Below, piece after piece: positions 24,402-36,894 of a stretch of 64,000 nt of DNA. Location: contig NC_042998.1 of NCBI RefSeq assembly GCF_006345805.1, forward strand, positions 1,364,001 through 1,428,000, written 5' to 3'. Under the pieces are notes generated by a model. The model saw only the letters and a list, made by a program, of their open reading frames with translations. It was not told the origin of the DNA and searched no databases. Made by a program: the position numbers and the translations under genes. The DNA comes from Octopus sinensis (lineage: Eukaryota). Within the stretch, counting starts at the first letter, position 1. The number at the start of each line of letters is the position of its first letter.

Positions 24402-24892
24402 TAACTAAAAAAATGTATGATAGATTGCAGTCAATTCATTCTCTCTTACCTGTTTGTGTCTGCCTTCCAAATGCTGTTTTTACTGAGATCTCCCTTTTTA
24501 GTAGAAGAAATAGCTATAAAACCTTTTACTGCTATTTCTAAATTCGGTATGGGTAAGGCAACTCGTTGCTAAACCCTTATTGCTTAGTATTACTTAATTT
24601 TTCCTCGAATGAGGCTTTTACATGCCGAAGACTACTTGGTGTAATTGATAATTTTTCCAAATTAATTAATTTCACCCTTCATTATTACGGATAACATATT
24701 TTATCTCAGTAGATGACAACAGCATCTTGTTTTGGCTACACGCGGGTGGGAAGGGGCTGTTGACACAATCGTTTCATTCACAATTGAATTCGGTGATACC
24801 AGTTGCGGATTCTAGCTCGCTCTGATACTGAGTGGAGTTGGTGCCTTCTGGTATCTCAAAATTCAATATATAATCATTTATGATTATAGTAT

Positions 24893-25004
24893 TCTACGCT
24901 GAAGAGAAAAGAAGTTTCGGTAAGATAGATTATTTATTATTAATATTTAATATTTAGTTCTTATGCTTTCCTTAAAACTTGATTTCGAAACGTACGTCCG
25001 TGGA
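24893..25004 (+). ncRNA. Type I hammerhead ribozyme, copy 2
   Basis: Same core and stems as copy 1; GUC at 24996-24998. Confidence 0.8.
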
Positions 25005-25495
25005 TAACTAAAAAATGTATGATAGATTGCAGTCAATTCATTCTCTCTTACCTGTTTGTGTCTGCCTTCCAAATGCTGTTTTTACTGAGATCTCCCTTTT
25101 TAGTAGAAGAAATAGCTATAACCCTTTGACTGCTATTTCTAAATTCGGTATGTGGTAAGGCAACTCGTTGCTAAACCCTTATTGCTTAGTATTACTTACT
25201 TAAATTTTCCTCGAATGAGGCTTTTACATGCCGAAGACTACTTGGTGTAATTGATAATTTTTCCAAATTAATTAATTTCACCCTTCATTATTACGGATAA
25301 CCATATTTTATCTCAGTAGATGACCACAGCATCTTGTTTTGCTACACGCGGGTGGGAGGGGCTGTTGACACAATCGTTTCATTCACAAATTGAATTCGGT
25401 GATACCAGTTGCGGATTCTAGCTCGCTCTGATACTGAGTGGAGTTGGTGCCTTCTGTATCTCAAAATTCAATATAATCATTTATGATTATAGTAT

Positions 25496-25607
25496 TCTAC
25501 GCTGAAGAGAAAAGAAGTTTCGGTAAGATAGAATATTTATTATTTAATATTTAATATTTAGTTCTTATGCTTTCCTAAAACTTGATTTCGAAACGTACGT
25601 CCGTGGA
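25496..25607 (+). ncRNA. Type I hammerhead ribozyme, copy 3
   Basis: Same core and stems as copy 1; GUC at 25599-25601. Confidence 0.8.
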
Positions 25608-25797
25608 TAACTAAAAAAATGTATGATAGATTGCAGTCAATCATTCTCTCTTACCTGTTTGTGTCTGCCTTCCAAATGCTGTTTTTACTGAGATCTCCCT
25701 TTTTAGTAGAAGAAATAGCTATAACCCTTTGACTGCTATTTCTAAATTCGGTATGTGGTAAGGCAACTCGTGCTAAACCCTTATTGCTTAGTATTAT

Positions 25798-25842
<45 letters not shown>

Positions 25843-25978
25843 GACAAACGGGAACGTGAAACTCTGAGCAACAGTTTTTGTGATATTTTTGCTGCTTTTT
25901 AATAAAAATTCGAATACCTCTGGTATTCGAATACTATTTTTTTCACCTTGTTTCGCATTTATGTGATTACTCTGGCGT

Positions 25979-26100
25979 AATGACGGGCTTCTTTCAGTTT
26001 CCATCTACCAAATTCTCTTACAGACTTTGGTTGGCCCGTTGTAACAATAAAAATCACGGTGCCACGCAGTGGCACAGAGCCCGAAACTATGAGGCTGGGA
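25979..26100 (-). mobile_element. SINE family A 5' fragment
   Basis: gacgggcttctttcagtttccatctacc..ggtgccacgcagtgg. Confidence 0.65.
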
Positions 26101-26279
26101 ATTTGAGTTTTGAATATTTCCATTGTATATTTCGTTGTGTATTTGTGTTGTTTTTACTAATTCGCCGGTGATACAGAGTAGCAGCCGCGGCAGGATCAGT
26201 AGTAGTACCAAAGCAGCAACAGTAGCAGCAGCGGCAGCAGCAGCAGCTGTATCAGTGAGTGGCAACACCCATGAGTTTG

Positions 26280-26350
26280 TTAAGCCATCGCATCCAGGCT
26301 CTTAAGATCGATGACGTTGAAGTTCAATTTGAACTTCTGCATGTTGACGC
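26280..26350 (-). CDS. Candidate terminal coding exon of an unidentified host gene
   Basis: Acceptor ttttttcctgcag; frame (G)VNMQKFKLNFNVIDLKSLDAMA* with GC3-rich codons; followed by CTG-repeat UTR-like sequence. Confidence 0.45.
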
Positions 26351-26859
26351 CTGCAGGAAAAAAATGTTGGTTTGGAAATTCCAGAGGACTGCATCTATGT
26401 GATGGAATGCGGGGACAAAATGTTTAGCACGGAGTGTAGGAGGTGAAGCATGATAGGAGGGGCAAGGGGGAAGGGAGAGAGGGGACATGCAGCCAACTCC
26501 TTTCTAGCAATGGCGGAGACAGTGAAGAAAAGTGTGTCACTGAGTTAGTGATTGCAGCGCGATCGTTAGCCTTTGCCAATCAGCCAAATAGCGTCACTTG
26601 TGTGCGCAACAGTACTATTGCTTGTGTGTGCGTGTGTGCGCGCGCGCGTGTGTGTGAGTGTGTGTGTGTGTGTAAGGAAATATTTTATTGTCGGTTACAC
26701 TTAATCACTGTATAGGGTGAGCAACTAATCAGAAATGAAATAATTTCTGAACTGGAAGCAGAGGAAGCAGAGGCTCCGGAATTTGGGATGGAATTTCAGC
26801 ATATCTATCTATCTAGATATTGGTTTATATATACGTACATATATTCATACATATATGTG

Positions 26860-27090
26860 CATATGTATGTATGTAGGTATGTATGTATGTATGTATGTAT
26901 GTATGTATGTATGTATGTATGTATGTATGTATGTATGTATGTATGTAGGTGTGTATGTATGTATGTATGTATGTATGTATATATGTATGTATGTATGTAT
27001 GTATATATATATGTGTGTGTGTGTGTGCATAAATGTATGTATGTATGTATGTTTGTATGTTTGTATGTATGTATGTATGTGTGTGTGTGT
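26860..27090. repeat. (TATG)n microsatellite
   Basis: Direct reading. Confidence 0.95.
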
Positions 27091-27123
27091 AAATATAATA
27101 TGTGACAACTATTCGGTAGCCAT

Positions 27124-27184
27124 GACAAAACTCCGAGTTTCGGATGTCGGGGCGGAAACCCACGCCGCCATCTCTTCAGTTATC
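27124..27184 (-). ncRNA. Solo type I hammerhead ribozyme candidate
   Basis: GATAA-CTGAAGA-GATG/GCGG..CCGC/CATC-C-GAAA-CTC(G)GAG-TT-TTGTC; stem I extendable to GCC/GGC; one extra C before GAAA; triplet GUU. Confidence 0.6.
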
Positions 27185-27189
27185 CGGCC

Positions 27190-27255
<66 letters not shown>

Positions 27256-27413
27256 ATTTATATTAAAATTTTATGTATTGATTAAGTCTTTCCTTGTTTG
27301 GTTTTAAAATAGTGGTTTTGCCTCGAATTATATTATATAATATTTTACTATAAAATTGGATTTAACCCTAAATCTGATTTTTCCCTGTAATTTTGGATTC
27401 ATTCCCTAATATT

Positions 27414-27415
<2 letters not shown>

Positions 27416-27500
<85 letters not shown>

Positions 27501-27680
27501 ATATAATATATATATATATATCTATATATATATATATATATATATATCTATATATATATTATATATATATAATATATATATATAATATATATATAGATAT
27601 ATATATATATAATATATATATAATATATATATATATATCTATATATATATATATTATATATATATAGATAGATAGATAGA
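27416..27680. repeat. Long imperfect (TA)n
   Basis: Direct reading. Confidence 0.95.
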
Positions 27681-27931
27681 TACAATGTATGTATATGTGT
27701 GTGGGTCTCTTCTATTTTTTAATTATTATAAATTTTCCACTAAGGAGGGAACCGGTTTCCAACAAAGATACAAGGTTTCATCTTTGTAGTTAACACAGAC
27801 ATGTTTATGTGTGTGTCTATGTTTATGTGTGTGTCTATGTATTTATGTATATGTATGTATGTATGTGCGTGTTTATTTTTATATTCCTCTATAAAAGCAA
27901 CTCAACATAACGCAGGAGGTTTACTCTGTAC

Positions 27932-27995
27932 CTCTTAGTTGGGTACATATGATGGCGGTGCGCAAGCCGTCGCTGCAAGTCACTGCAGTCTTTTC
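27932..27995 (-). CDS. Candidate internal coding exon (64 nt) splicing to 26350
   Basis: caag|GAAAAG..AAGAG|gtacag; EKTAVTCSDGLRTAIICTQLR-G, in phase with the 26280-26350 frame; a second open frame (KDCSDLQRRLAHRHHMYPTKR) also splices through. Confidence 0.4.
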
Positions 27996-28636
27996 CTTGT
28001 AGATGTGTGTGTGTGTGTGCGGGCGCCGCGCGCACGGGTGAGTGTACATACTCACACACACACACACACACACACATATACAATATAAATATGTAACAAA
28101 GTTATACAGGTGTACATCTTTGTTACTTATTTATATTCCGTTCACCTAACTTGGAATCTGCGCTTCGGAAATAGTATAGAAAGTACTTTTATATAAAGTA
28201 CATGTCTGAATTACCAAGAGCAGATATCGTCACTTAGGGGAGTTGCATTGTCTCCGCGTGGGGGTATTAGGTACAAATACCCCCACACGGAGTTTTGATA
28301 TTCAATATTCAAATAATATTGTTGGGGGGTGGGGGCTGCAAGTTATACCGAACTAGCAAGGTGCCTCAATTTAAGTACCTAATTCAACTGAATCTTAAGT
28401 ATATTCAGAGCACCGCGACGCATAATTACGGAGGTGTGAGTTCGAGTCTCATAGCCGGCCGCCAACACTTTTTTTCTACAAAATAGGGGCATCTTATCCT
28501 GTTCAGCTATATTATTAGCATTATCCTGCGTTTGAGAATTTAAAATCACTTCTTTAACTTTCTGAGACATCTCAACGCTTCTAAAGCAAACTTCGTTTGT
28601 TTGTTTACGTTCATCGTAATTTGTATTTTATATATA

Positions 28637-28675
<39 letters not shown>

Positions 28676-28680
<5 letters not shown>

Positions 28681-28800
28681 GAAATTATAGAAAGCAAAAG
28701 ACGTAGACAGGCATATGAGCAACAAGCAAGTGTATTAGTTTGACGCTCGGGAAAATGAAAAAGTCTTTTACGTTTCGTGCCTACGTTCTTCAAAAGAAAG
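28676..28800 (-). mobile_element. Penelope-like terminal fragment with degenerate minimal hammerhead
   Basis: tctttTGAAGAacgtaggcacGAAACGTAaaagac; homolog of 19352-19470; abuts (TA)n. Confidence 0.55.
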
Positions 28801-30185
28801 CAATAAGAGAAAATGAACACAGAGAGAGTGAAAAAAAACTTGTAGACTTCATAAACATATATGAGAAAGTTTTGAGAAATGATTGCTGGCAAATAGAGGC
28901 AGATTCTTTTGGAGTCAAAATTACGACCTTATTCCAAATTCCGATTCGCGCATGTTCACCTTAAACTGAATGTTCTTGAAAACAGTTATGAATGTCACAG
29001 TATCTCTTCCATTTTTATTCTAGGATATATTGTCTTTATTTATTATCAAAGAAAAAAAAAGGCCAAATATTGAAATGAACCGACTCTTGTATATTATTGA
29101 TATTTATTTCCTCAATGTAGAAATGGTGAAAACTAAACTCTGGACATTTGAATCAGGGATGTAGTGAGGCGAATCCATATACGTCAATGCATTTAGTCTT
29201 TTCCGCTATCCCTAAAATTAAAAAAAACACCTATCTTTTAAAAATGTCTGGTCATGCACCGTATTTTATATACTATAAATCAAGGTATAGTAAGCTGGTA
29301 ACATGAATAAACTAACAAGATTACAGGTTTACTATAATATAATGAGTGACTTGGTTGCCTGGTCAGTGATGGGTTCGTGGTCCGATTTCCATCAGTGAAC
29401 CTGTTTCTCCTTTCGTTGCCGAATTGGCGCTTGACGTGTTTAATATTAGAGGATTTAGGAGAAAAAAGGTCGAAGACAATGCCCTGCTTCTTTTGACTCA
29501 GAAAGTGAAGTATAAAAGAATACAAAGGAAATATAGGGTCGAGAAAGAGAGGAGAGATGAGAGAGGATGAGAGAGACAGAGGTCGGGAGAAAGAAAGAAA
29601 AATATCTTTGGAGGTAAATGCGAAAATACCATTCGAAATTAACGATAGATTAAAGAGAAAAAGAAACAAATATCTTGTTATAAGTAGCCTCATTACATTA
29701 GGTATAATGATAAGGGAGCATCGTTCAAACGAATTCACTTAGAGATACAAGCGCAACATCGTAAACTAAATTTCTATTTAATTGGAAATCAATAATAACA
29801 AATTATAGATATAACAATGTTAAACAAACTTAATTCAACCCTGTGACATATCTCCCACAATAGTATAAACAGACAATATATAATAATAACGCTTCATCTG
29901 AACCGTAAACATTCACAATATTAAATTTACGCCGAACGACATGAACCACCTATCATTCTTTGATACTCCCCATTTAGTCTATCAATGAAATTGTATATGA
30001 CTTTCATTAACGTCATATACCCTGTCGTAAGATGCTTGAGAGCCATGTGCATCCACTGGTGAAAGTCAGAAAAGCAAAATTCTGACTGGAACAAAATAGA
30101 ATATTATTAATCTCTGCTATGGTATTGAGTACTCTTTATTCCGACAGTCAATATCAAACGTATATATATATTCTTATAAAGTCAG

Positions 30186-30410
30186 TTATTCTTTTATTTG
30201 TTTCAGTCATTTGACTGCAGCCATGCTGGAGCACCGTCTTGGGGGGTTTTAGTCGAATGAATGGACCCCACCACTGTTTTTTAAAGCCTGGTACTTATTC
30301 AATCGGTCTCTTTTGTAGAACCGCTAAGTTACGGGGACGTAAGCACACCAGCACCGGTCGTCAAGACGTGAAGTGAGGACAAGCACAGACACTAAGAAAC
30401 ACACACACAC
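30186..30410 (-). mobile_element. SINE family A 3' half
   Basis: tgtttcagtcatttgactgcagccatgctggagcaccg..ccgctaagttacggggacgt. Confidence 0.8.
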
Positions 30411-30553
30411 ACACACGTCGCCAAAGCTACGGCCAGGGACGACCACCACAACGACGACAACAGCCACAGTAGCATCGTCGGTCATAACAGCACTGAGGTC
30501 AGCCCCAAACCACTGGTGGCAACAATAACATCCTCAGGACAGGAACCAACCGA

Positions 30554-30663
30554 AGATACACCAACAATGTGAATGCAACCAACACCCAAGCCTGGAAATA
30601 TATCGGATCACCCGAGATGGACTTCAAGCGACGCTTGCATAACCCCAAGTTCTCCTTCAGAGT
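30554..30663 (+). pseudogene. Penelope-like GIY-YIG endonuclease fragment
   Basis: RYTNNVNATNTQAWKYIGSPEMDFKRRLHNPKFSFR matches the PLE pattern Y..T......YIG.TE..FK.R..NHK.SFR. Confidence 0.65.
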
Positions 30664-30820
30664 CTCTGAAAGTTACAATAAGTACTGAGGACGATTTGTT
30701 CGACTAAACCTTTCATAGTGATGCCCCAGTATTGCTGCAGTCCAATGACTGAAACAAGTAAAAGATAAATGACAAATATTGTATGCTATACATACATACA
30801 TACATACATACATACATACA

Positions 30821-30854
<34 letters not shown>

Positions 30855-31061
30855 AACAGATAGATATAACGCATAGACAGAGCCTGAAAGATTGCTTCAA
30901 GACACATGGCATGTTTTATAAATACGCCTGTTCAAGTATCACAATAGCATGAAATTATTAGTAGGTTTTCAGTTGTGTATCTAATTTGATATAAATATAC
31001 ACAAACACACACACACACCACACACACGTATATATATACATATATATATATATATATACAT

Positions 31062-31105
<44 letters not shown>

Positions 31106-31309
31106 TATATATATATTATATATATGTCGAATGATTAAAATGAATGCTCAACACCGCATTGGTGGATATAATTTATATATTTGTGAATTAAGGCTACCAT
31201 TGGTTTCATGTTAAGAAAAGTAGAAAAATATCCTAGTGTCTTAACAGTTTTTCAAGCCACTTAGATGGCGATACATGCATATACATAAACATATATGTAT
31301 GTGTATATA

Positions 31310-31384
<75 letters not shown>

Positions 31385-31427
31385 GTATGTATATATGTAT
31401 GTATGTATGTATGTATATGTATGTATG

Positions 31428-31476
<49 letters not shown>

Positions 31477-32427
31477 GTATATATATATGTATGTATATAT
31501 ACATACATATATATATATGTATGTTTGTACATATATGTGTGTAATGGCATATAAATATTCATACAATAGTAAGTATAATTTAAAATTTGTTCCTATATGA
31601 AATATTTAAGTCGCCTGACATAGATATGGCACGAAATAAAAATTCTATATATAAATACTGTTGCGATTTTTCTTTATATTATTATTATTGTTTGACTCGT
31701 CATATCCAAAGGAATTTTCCTGATAAAAGGGCTGGCATCGGAGACCGAATGGTGGAATTAATTAACAAGTTGCTCTTCTGCTATTCCCTCATTCCGTCAC
31801 AAACAGGCGACAACGAACGGAATTTGAAATCCCAGAGAGTGGCTTTTTCCTTCCTTTTCATTCTTTTTTTTTTTTTTTTTTTTTTTGCTCCTGTAGTAAA
31901 TCAATAGCGAATTCTTGGATAGATTTGATGTTGCTAAGGAAACGATTTAAGATCCTCAGAAATCTCACCTAGATCGAGATAGAACATACTATACCCATAC
32001 CTAACAACCCCACCTCCTAAAAAAACACACAAAAAAATAAATACAAAACCAAATAATAATCAACTAGTTGACATTAGAAGTGAGAAAATGATAATAAAAA
32101 TGCCAAAGTTAGTTCATTCGGTTGGACTCGGATTGGATTTTTGTTTGTTTTTGGCTGGTTTTTCATTTGTTTTGTTTTCCTTTTCGCTTTGCTGTTTTGT
32201 TGTTGCCTTTGCTTTTCTTCCGACGGAGTCATCCTTAAAGCGGCTCTCTGAATCATCATCACATTCTACGCGAACGACATCGAACATTCAACCTTTTCTT
32301 TTTGTTTTTGTTCGTTCTTTTAGTCTTTCTTTCTCTCCCCTTCATATCTCCTGCACATTCCCGCTTATCCACCTTCTCTTTCCCACCTCTCTCTTTCTTT
32401 CTCTCTCCTTCTCTCTTTCTCTCTCAC

Positions 32428-32526
<99 letters not shown>

Positions 32527-33178
32527 ACATATATATATTTATATAGTATATATATATATACACTATATATATATACATGCATATATATATTTATAGTATA
32601 TATATATATACACTATATATATATATACGTACATACATATATATATATATATATGGATATATACATATGTATATATATATATATAATATATATGTGTGTG
32701 TGTATATATACATATATATATATTATATATATATGTGTGGTGTAGCCTTCTATTTCTGTATCTTTCTGTCTTCGTCCTCACACACGCCCAGTCGCCGGTT
32801 GATCGGAGAGGAGGAACCTGTCCAGAAGGCGAAACAGATGAAATACCGACGAGTTGAAGTGAGAAATCATTTTCCTTCACAAACCCCCCACCCCACCCCG
32901 GGTTGATGACGATGTTTATGATGATGATGATGATGATGATGAATATCATGATAACAACAACAACAACAACAGCAATAATGACGGTAATAAATAAATACAT
33001 AAAATAAAAGATGATAATGAACAGACCAAAAGGAACTAATTACAACATTAAGAGACTTTCATTTCATTTCGTTTCCTTTCATTTCAGACATTTTATTTAT
33101 TTTTGTTTACTTTTCTGACTTTTATTTCTCTTGTTTCATCGCCTTTTATAATTTTTTTTCTGATTTTTTTTCTTTTGT

Positions 33179-33216
<38 letters not shown>

Positions 33217-33760
33217 TGCTTCATTAGTTGCGTGGCTGGCTGGCTGGCCAGCTCATTGTCTGGCTGGCTGGCAGGTTTGTTGGTTGGTTGGTTGGATCCA
33301 TTTAGTGCCGTCTCCTTCTCTCTTTTAGTAACTCTTGTTACACTGATGGGAAGAAACGATCAAATAACATTTCATGTCCTTCCTCTGCGTTTATTTCACT
33401 GTCATTCCTTCTTTCTTTCTTCCTTTCCTTTTTTTTATTGCTTGCTTATTCATTTTGTTTCGTTTTTCTTTTTGTTTCTTCTTTTATTGTCATCCTTTGT
33501 AGTTTAACAGATCGTTGATGATTCCCATTTGTGATTATAAATTTTTGCTCCACTACATTCATTACCTTGAACATCTCTTTACCACCACGACCACCACTAT
33601 TATTACAACTACTACTACTACTGCTACTACTACTAATACCAACAACAACAATGAAAAGCGAGATTAAAGATCGAGCGAGTAGAAAAGAGAACTGGATTAA
33701 CCTAATCCGCTTCCTTAATATTTTCTTGACACTCTCCAGTCGCCCTTCAAACGTTGATTA

Positions 33761-33932
33761 CTCTTTACTCTCTTTTACTTGTTTCAGTCATTTGACTGCG
33801 GCCAGGCTGGAGCACCGTCTTTTTTTTTAGTCGAGCAAATAGACCCCGGGACTTATTCTTTGTAAGCTTAGTACTTATTCTATCGGTCCCTTTTGCCAAA
33901 CCGCTAAGTTACGGGGACGTAAACACATCAGC

Positions 33933-34020
<88 letters not shown>

Positions 34021-34184
34021 CGACGGGCTTCTTTCAGTTTCCGTCTACCGAATCCACTCACAGGTTTTGGTCGGCCCGGGGCTATAGTAGAAGATACTTG
34101 CCCAAGGTGCCACGCAGTGGGACTGAACCCGGAACCATGTGGTTCGTAAGCAAGTTACTTACTACACAGCCACTTCTACGCCTA
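33761..34184 (-). mobile_element. Near full-length SINE family A
   Basis: Head taggcgtagaagtggctgtgtagt, body, (TA)n, tail cagtcaaatgactgaaacaagtaaaagag on reverse strand. Confidence 0.85.
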
Positions 34185-34615
34185 TTACATATTTTAAGTA
34201 CAGAAATATTTGTTTCAAATTTTGTTAGAAGGCCAGCAATTCCTAGGGAGTGAGCAAGTCGATTACATGAACCCCAGTGCTCAACGAGTACTTATTTTAT
34301 CGATCCCGGTACTCAACTGGTACTTATTTTATCGATCCCGAAAGGATGAAAAGCAAAAAAATTCCCAAGCGGAATTTCAACTCAGAACGTAAAGATGAAC
34401 GAAAAGCCGCTAAGCATTGTGCCCGCCGAACGATTCTGTCAACTCGCCTTAAATATATATATTTCTTTATTGCCTACAAGGGGCTAAACATAGAGGGGAC
34501 AAACAAGGACAGACAAAAGGATTAAGTCGATTACATACCCCAATGCGTAATAGGTACTTATTTAATCGACCCGGAAAGGATGAAAGGCAGGTCGACCTCG
34601 CCTTACATATATATA

Positions 34616-35086
34616 CAGTAATCACTCACCATATCGCGACCTCAGTACATCGCGGATTCTTCTGGCTAATATATGTAAATTTATATCGCGGACTCCTCAG
34701 TATATCGCGGGTTTCTGCGGCCGATAGGTATTTATATTTTTTTAGATTTTAATTATTTCTGTGATAGAGTAAACATTTTCACGCCTAAAAATTAATAAAT
34801 TAAACTTTAGTACAGTACTGTACTGTATAACACATTAATTAAAATATACTAAAATTTTAAAAATACGTAGTGTATCACAGATGAGTAAATATAGAATCGC
34901 ACATACTGTATGGAAAACGAACTCGGGAGGTGAGTGAGGGGGGTTGTTTTGCATTTATAATAAAATAAATATATACAAATTATAAAAATAATTGAAAAAA
35001 TATACAGTACAGTACTGTTTCTACTTCGCGGCTTTTCGACTATCACTGGGGGGGGGGCAGTACCCACGGTAGTCGAGGGATTACTG
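34616..35086. mobile_element. Tc1/mariner (pogo/Tigger-like) MITE
   Basis: TIRs CAGTAATC(A/C)CTC, TA on both flanks, subterminal atatcgcg repeats. Confidence 0.75.
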
Positions 35087-35587
35087 TATATAATGATTTC
35101 AAATTTTGGCACAAGGCCAGCAATTTTCCTAGGAGGGAATAAGGCGATTGCATCGACCCCCAGTGCTTAACTGGTACTTGTTTTATCGACCCCGAAAGGA
35201 TGGTAGGCAAAGTCGACCTCGGCGGAATTTGAACTCAATACATAAAAATGGCCGAAATGCTGTTAAGAATTCTTCCCGGCGCGCTAACGCTTCTGCCACC
35301 TCGCCGCCTTGTTTAAGCACCGAAATATTGATTGCCACATGTGACCTATGTACAACTGATCAAGTGGATTCGCAGAATCGTTAGAATATCGAACAAAATG
35401 CCAAGCTGCGTTTCTTCCGAAACATTACATTCTAAGTTCAAATTCCACTGACGTTAACTAAACCTCGTATTTCTCCGAGATCGACAATATAGAACACCGT
35501 CAAATATTGAGGTCGAATGTAGAGATTCATCCATTCCTTTTCAAATTTCTGGCCTTAAACCAAAACTAAAACGAATTATTATTATTA

Positions 35588-36420
35588 TTCCGGAGGACTT
35601 TCCAGTTGGGAACTATCATGCATAATTTCCAAATGCCCTTGGCCTGGCAGTGCTACCGAGGAACGCTACCGGCTGGAGATAAACTCTACAGGCACGGACG
35701 TGCTGTCAGATGGGCTTGCCTGAGGTGCGCGCAGAGTGATGAAACTGTTCTGCATGCACTCGTTCAGAGTCCGGGCATTGCTGACTTGTGGGATAATGCC
35801 GAACAGCTGCTGTCACAAGTAGGAGGGATCCGTCTATCAGCCGAGCCTGTAGTCATGACTGCCACGCCACCCTCCTTCAATCGGGCAGGCATAGTAGTTT
35901 TCCTTTGCCTGGTGGCTGTGGCGAAAGAGGTTGTTTGATGAACAAGGCTGAAAGGCATGAGGACAGATACATTCTTCTTTTGTCGAGCTCTCATTGAGTT
36001 CTTCAGGTTTCACTTGAAAAGGAAATTGAGAGCGGAGAGAGTAGTGCTGTATTCGAGTGAGTTTATTGAAAGGTGGGTGAAAGTTGTGAAAATGGCAAGA
36101 ATGGATGGTACCTCTTTAAGCGTAGACCTGTGAGTCGGAGAGAAGGAATTGGAGAGGGTACTTGCTCTTGGTGGTCAGGGAAATCTTGGAGAGTGAGGTT
36201 CCTCGATTATCCCTAGAGGTCATCGGTCATCCTATATTAGGAGGGATACATTACTACCATCCTCCCAACCCTCCTTCTTTTTTACTTAACCTTTCTATAC
36301 CACCTATATGCCCCTTCCTTTCCATTGTATGCTGTGTACATTTACCCTTTCCCCCCTATCATTTCATTATATGTAACCCCCAACATTTTATGTTTATCTT
36401 TGTATTGTCCCACTCATCAT
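35588..36420 (+). mobile_element. Older Tx1/L1-clade 3' fragment (zf-RVT), flanked by (TTA)n
   Basis: FQMPLAWQCYRGTLPAGDKLYRHG..CLRCAQSDETVLHALVQSP homologous to the 9778-10650 ORF; different 3' UTR; ttattattattatt at 5' side, (TTC)n(TTA)n at 3' side. Confidence 0.8.
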
Positions 36421-36457
36421 TTTTCTTCTTCTTCTTCTTCTTCTCTTCTTCTTCTTC

Positions 36458-36533
<76 letters not shown>

Positions 36534-36539
36534 CCCCTC

Positions 36540-36890
36540 AGGTGGCTGGACCTGTTAGTGCAAGCTATGGACACGTACAAAATATCAATTGCATCTTGTG
36601 CAACTGTCTTCTACTATAGCCGACTAAAGCCTTGTGAGTGGACGGAAACTGAAAGAAGCCTGTCCTATATATGCATGTATATATTTGTGTGTGTGTGTTT
36701 GTCTGTCTCCCTCCATCACTTGATAACTGATGTTGGTGTATTTACGTGCCCGTAACTTAACGGTTCGGCAAAAGTGACTGACAGAATAAGTACTAGGCTT
36801 GCAAGGAATAAGTCCTGGGGTTGATTTGTTCGGCTAAAGGCGGTGCTCCAGCATGACCGCAGTCAAATGAATGAAACAAGAAAAAGGGAA
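36540..36890 (+). mobile_element. Degenerate SINE family A
   Basis: tgtcttctactatagc..aaagccttgtgagtgg..ggaaactgaaagaagcc..ggcggtgctccagcatgaccgcagtcaaatg. Confidence 0.75.
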
Positions 36891-36894
36891 AATA

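Larger units (their letters stand above)
24085..25796 (+). repeat. Tandem array, ~2.8 copies of a ~606-bp unit, one hammerhead per unit (retrozyme-like)
   Basis: Unit starts 24085, 24691, 25297; differences are mostly 1-2 nt indels; (TA)n at both ends. Confidence 0.95.
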
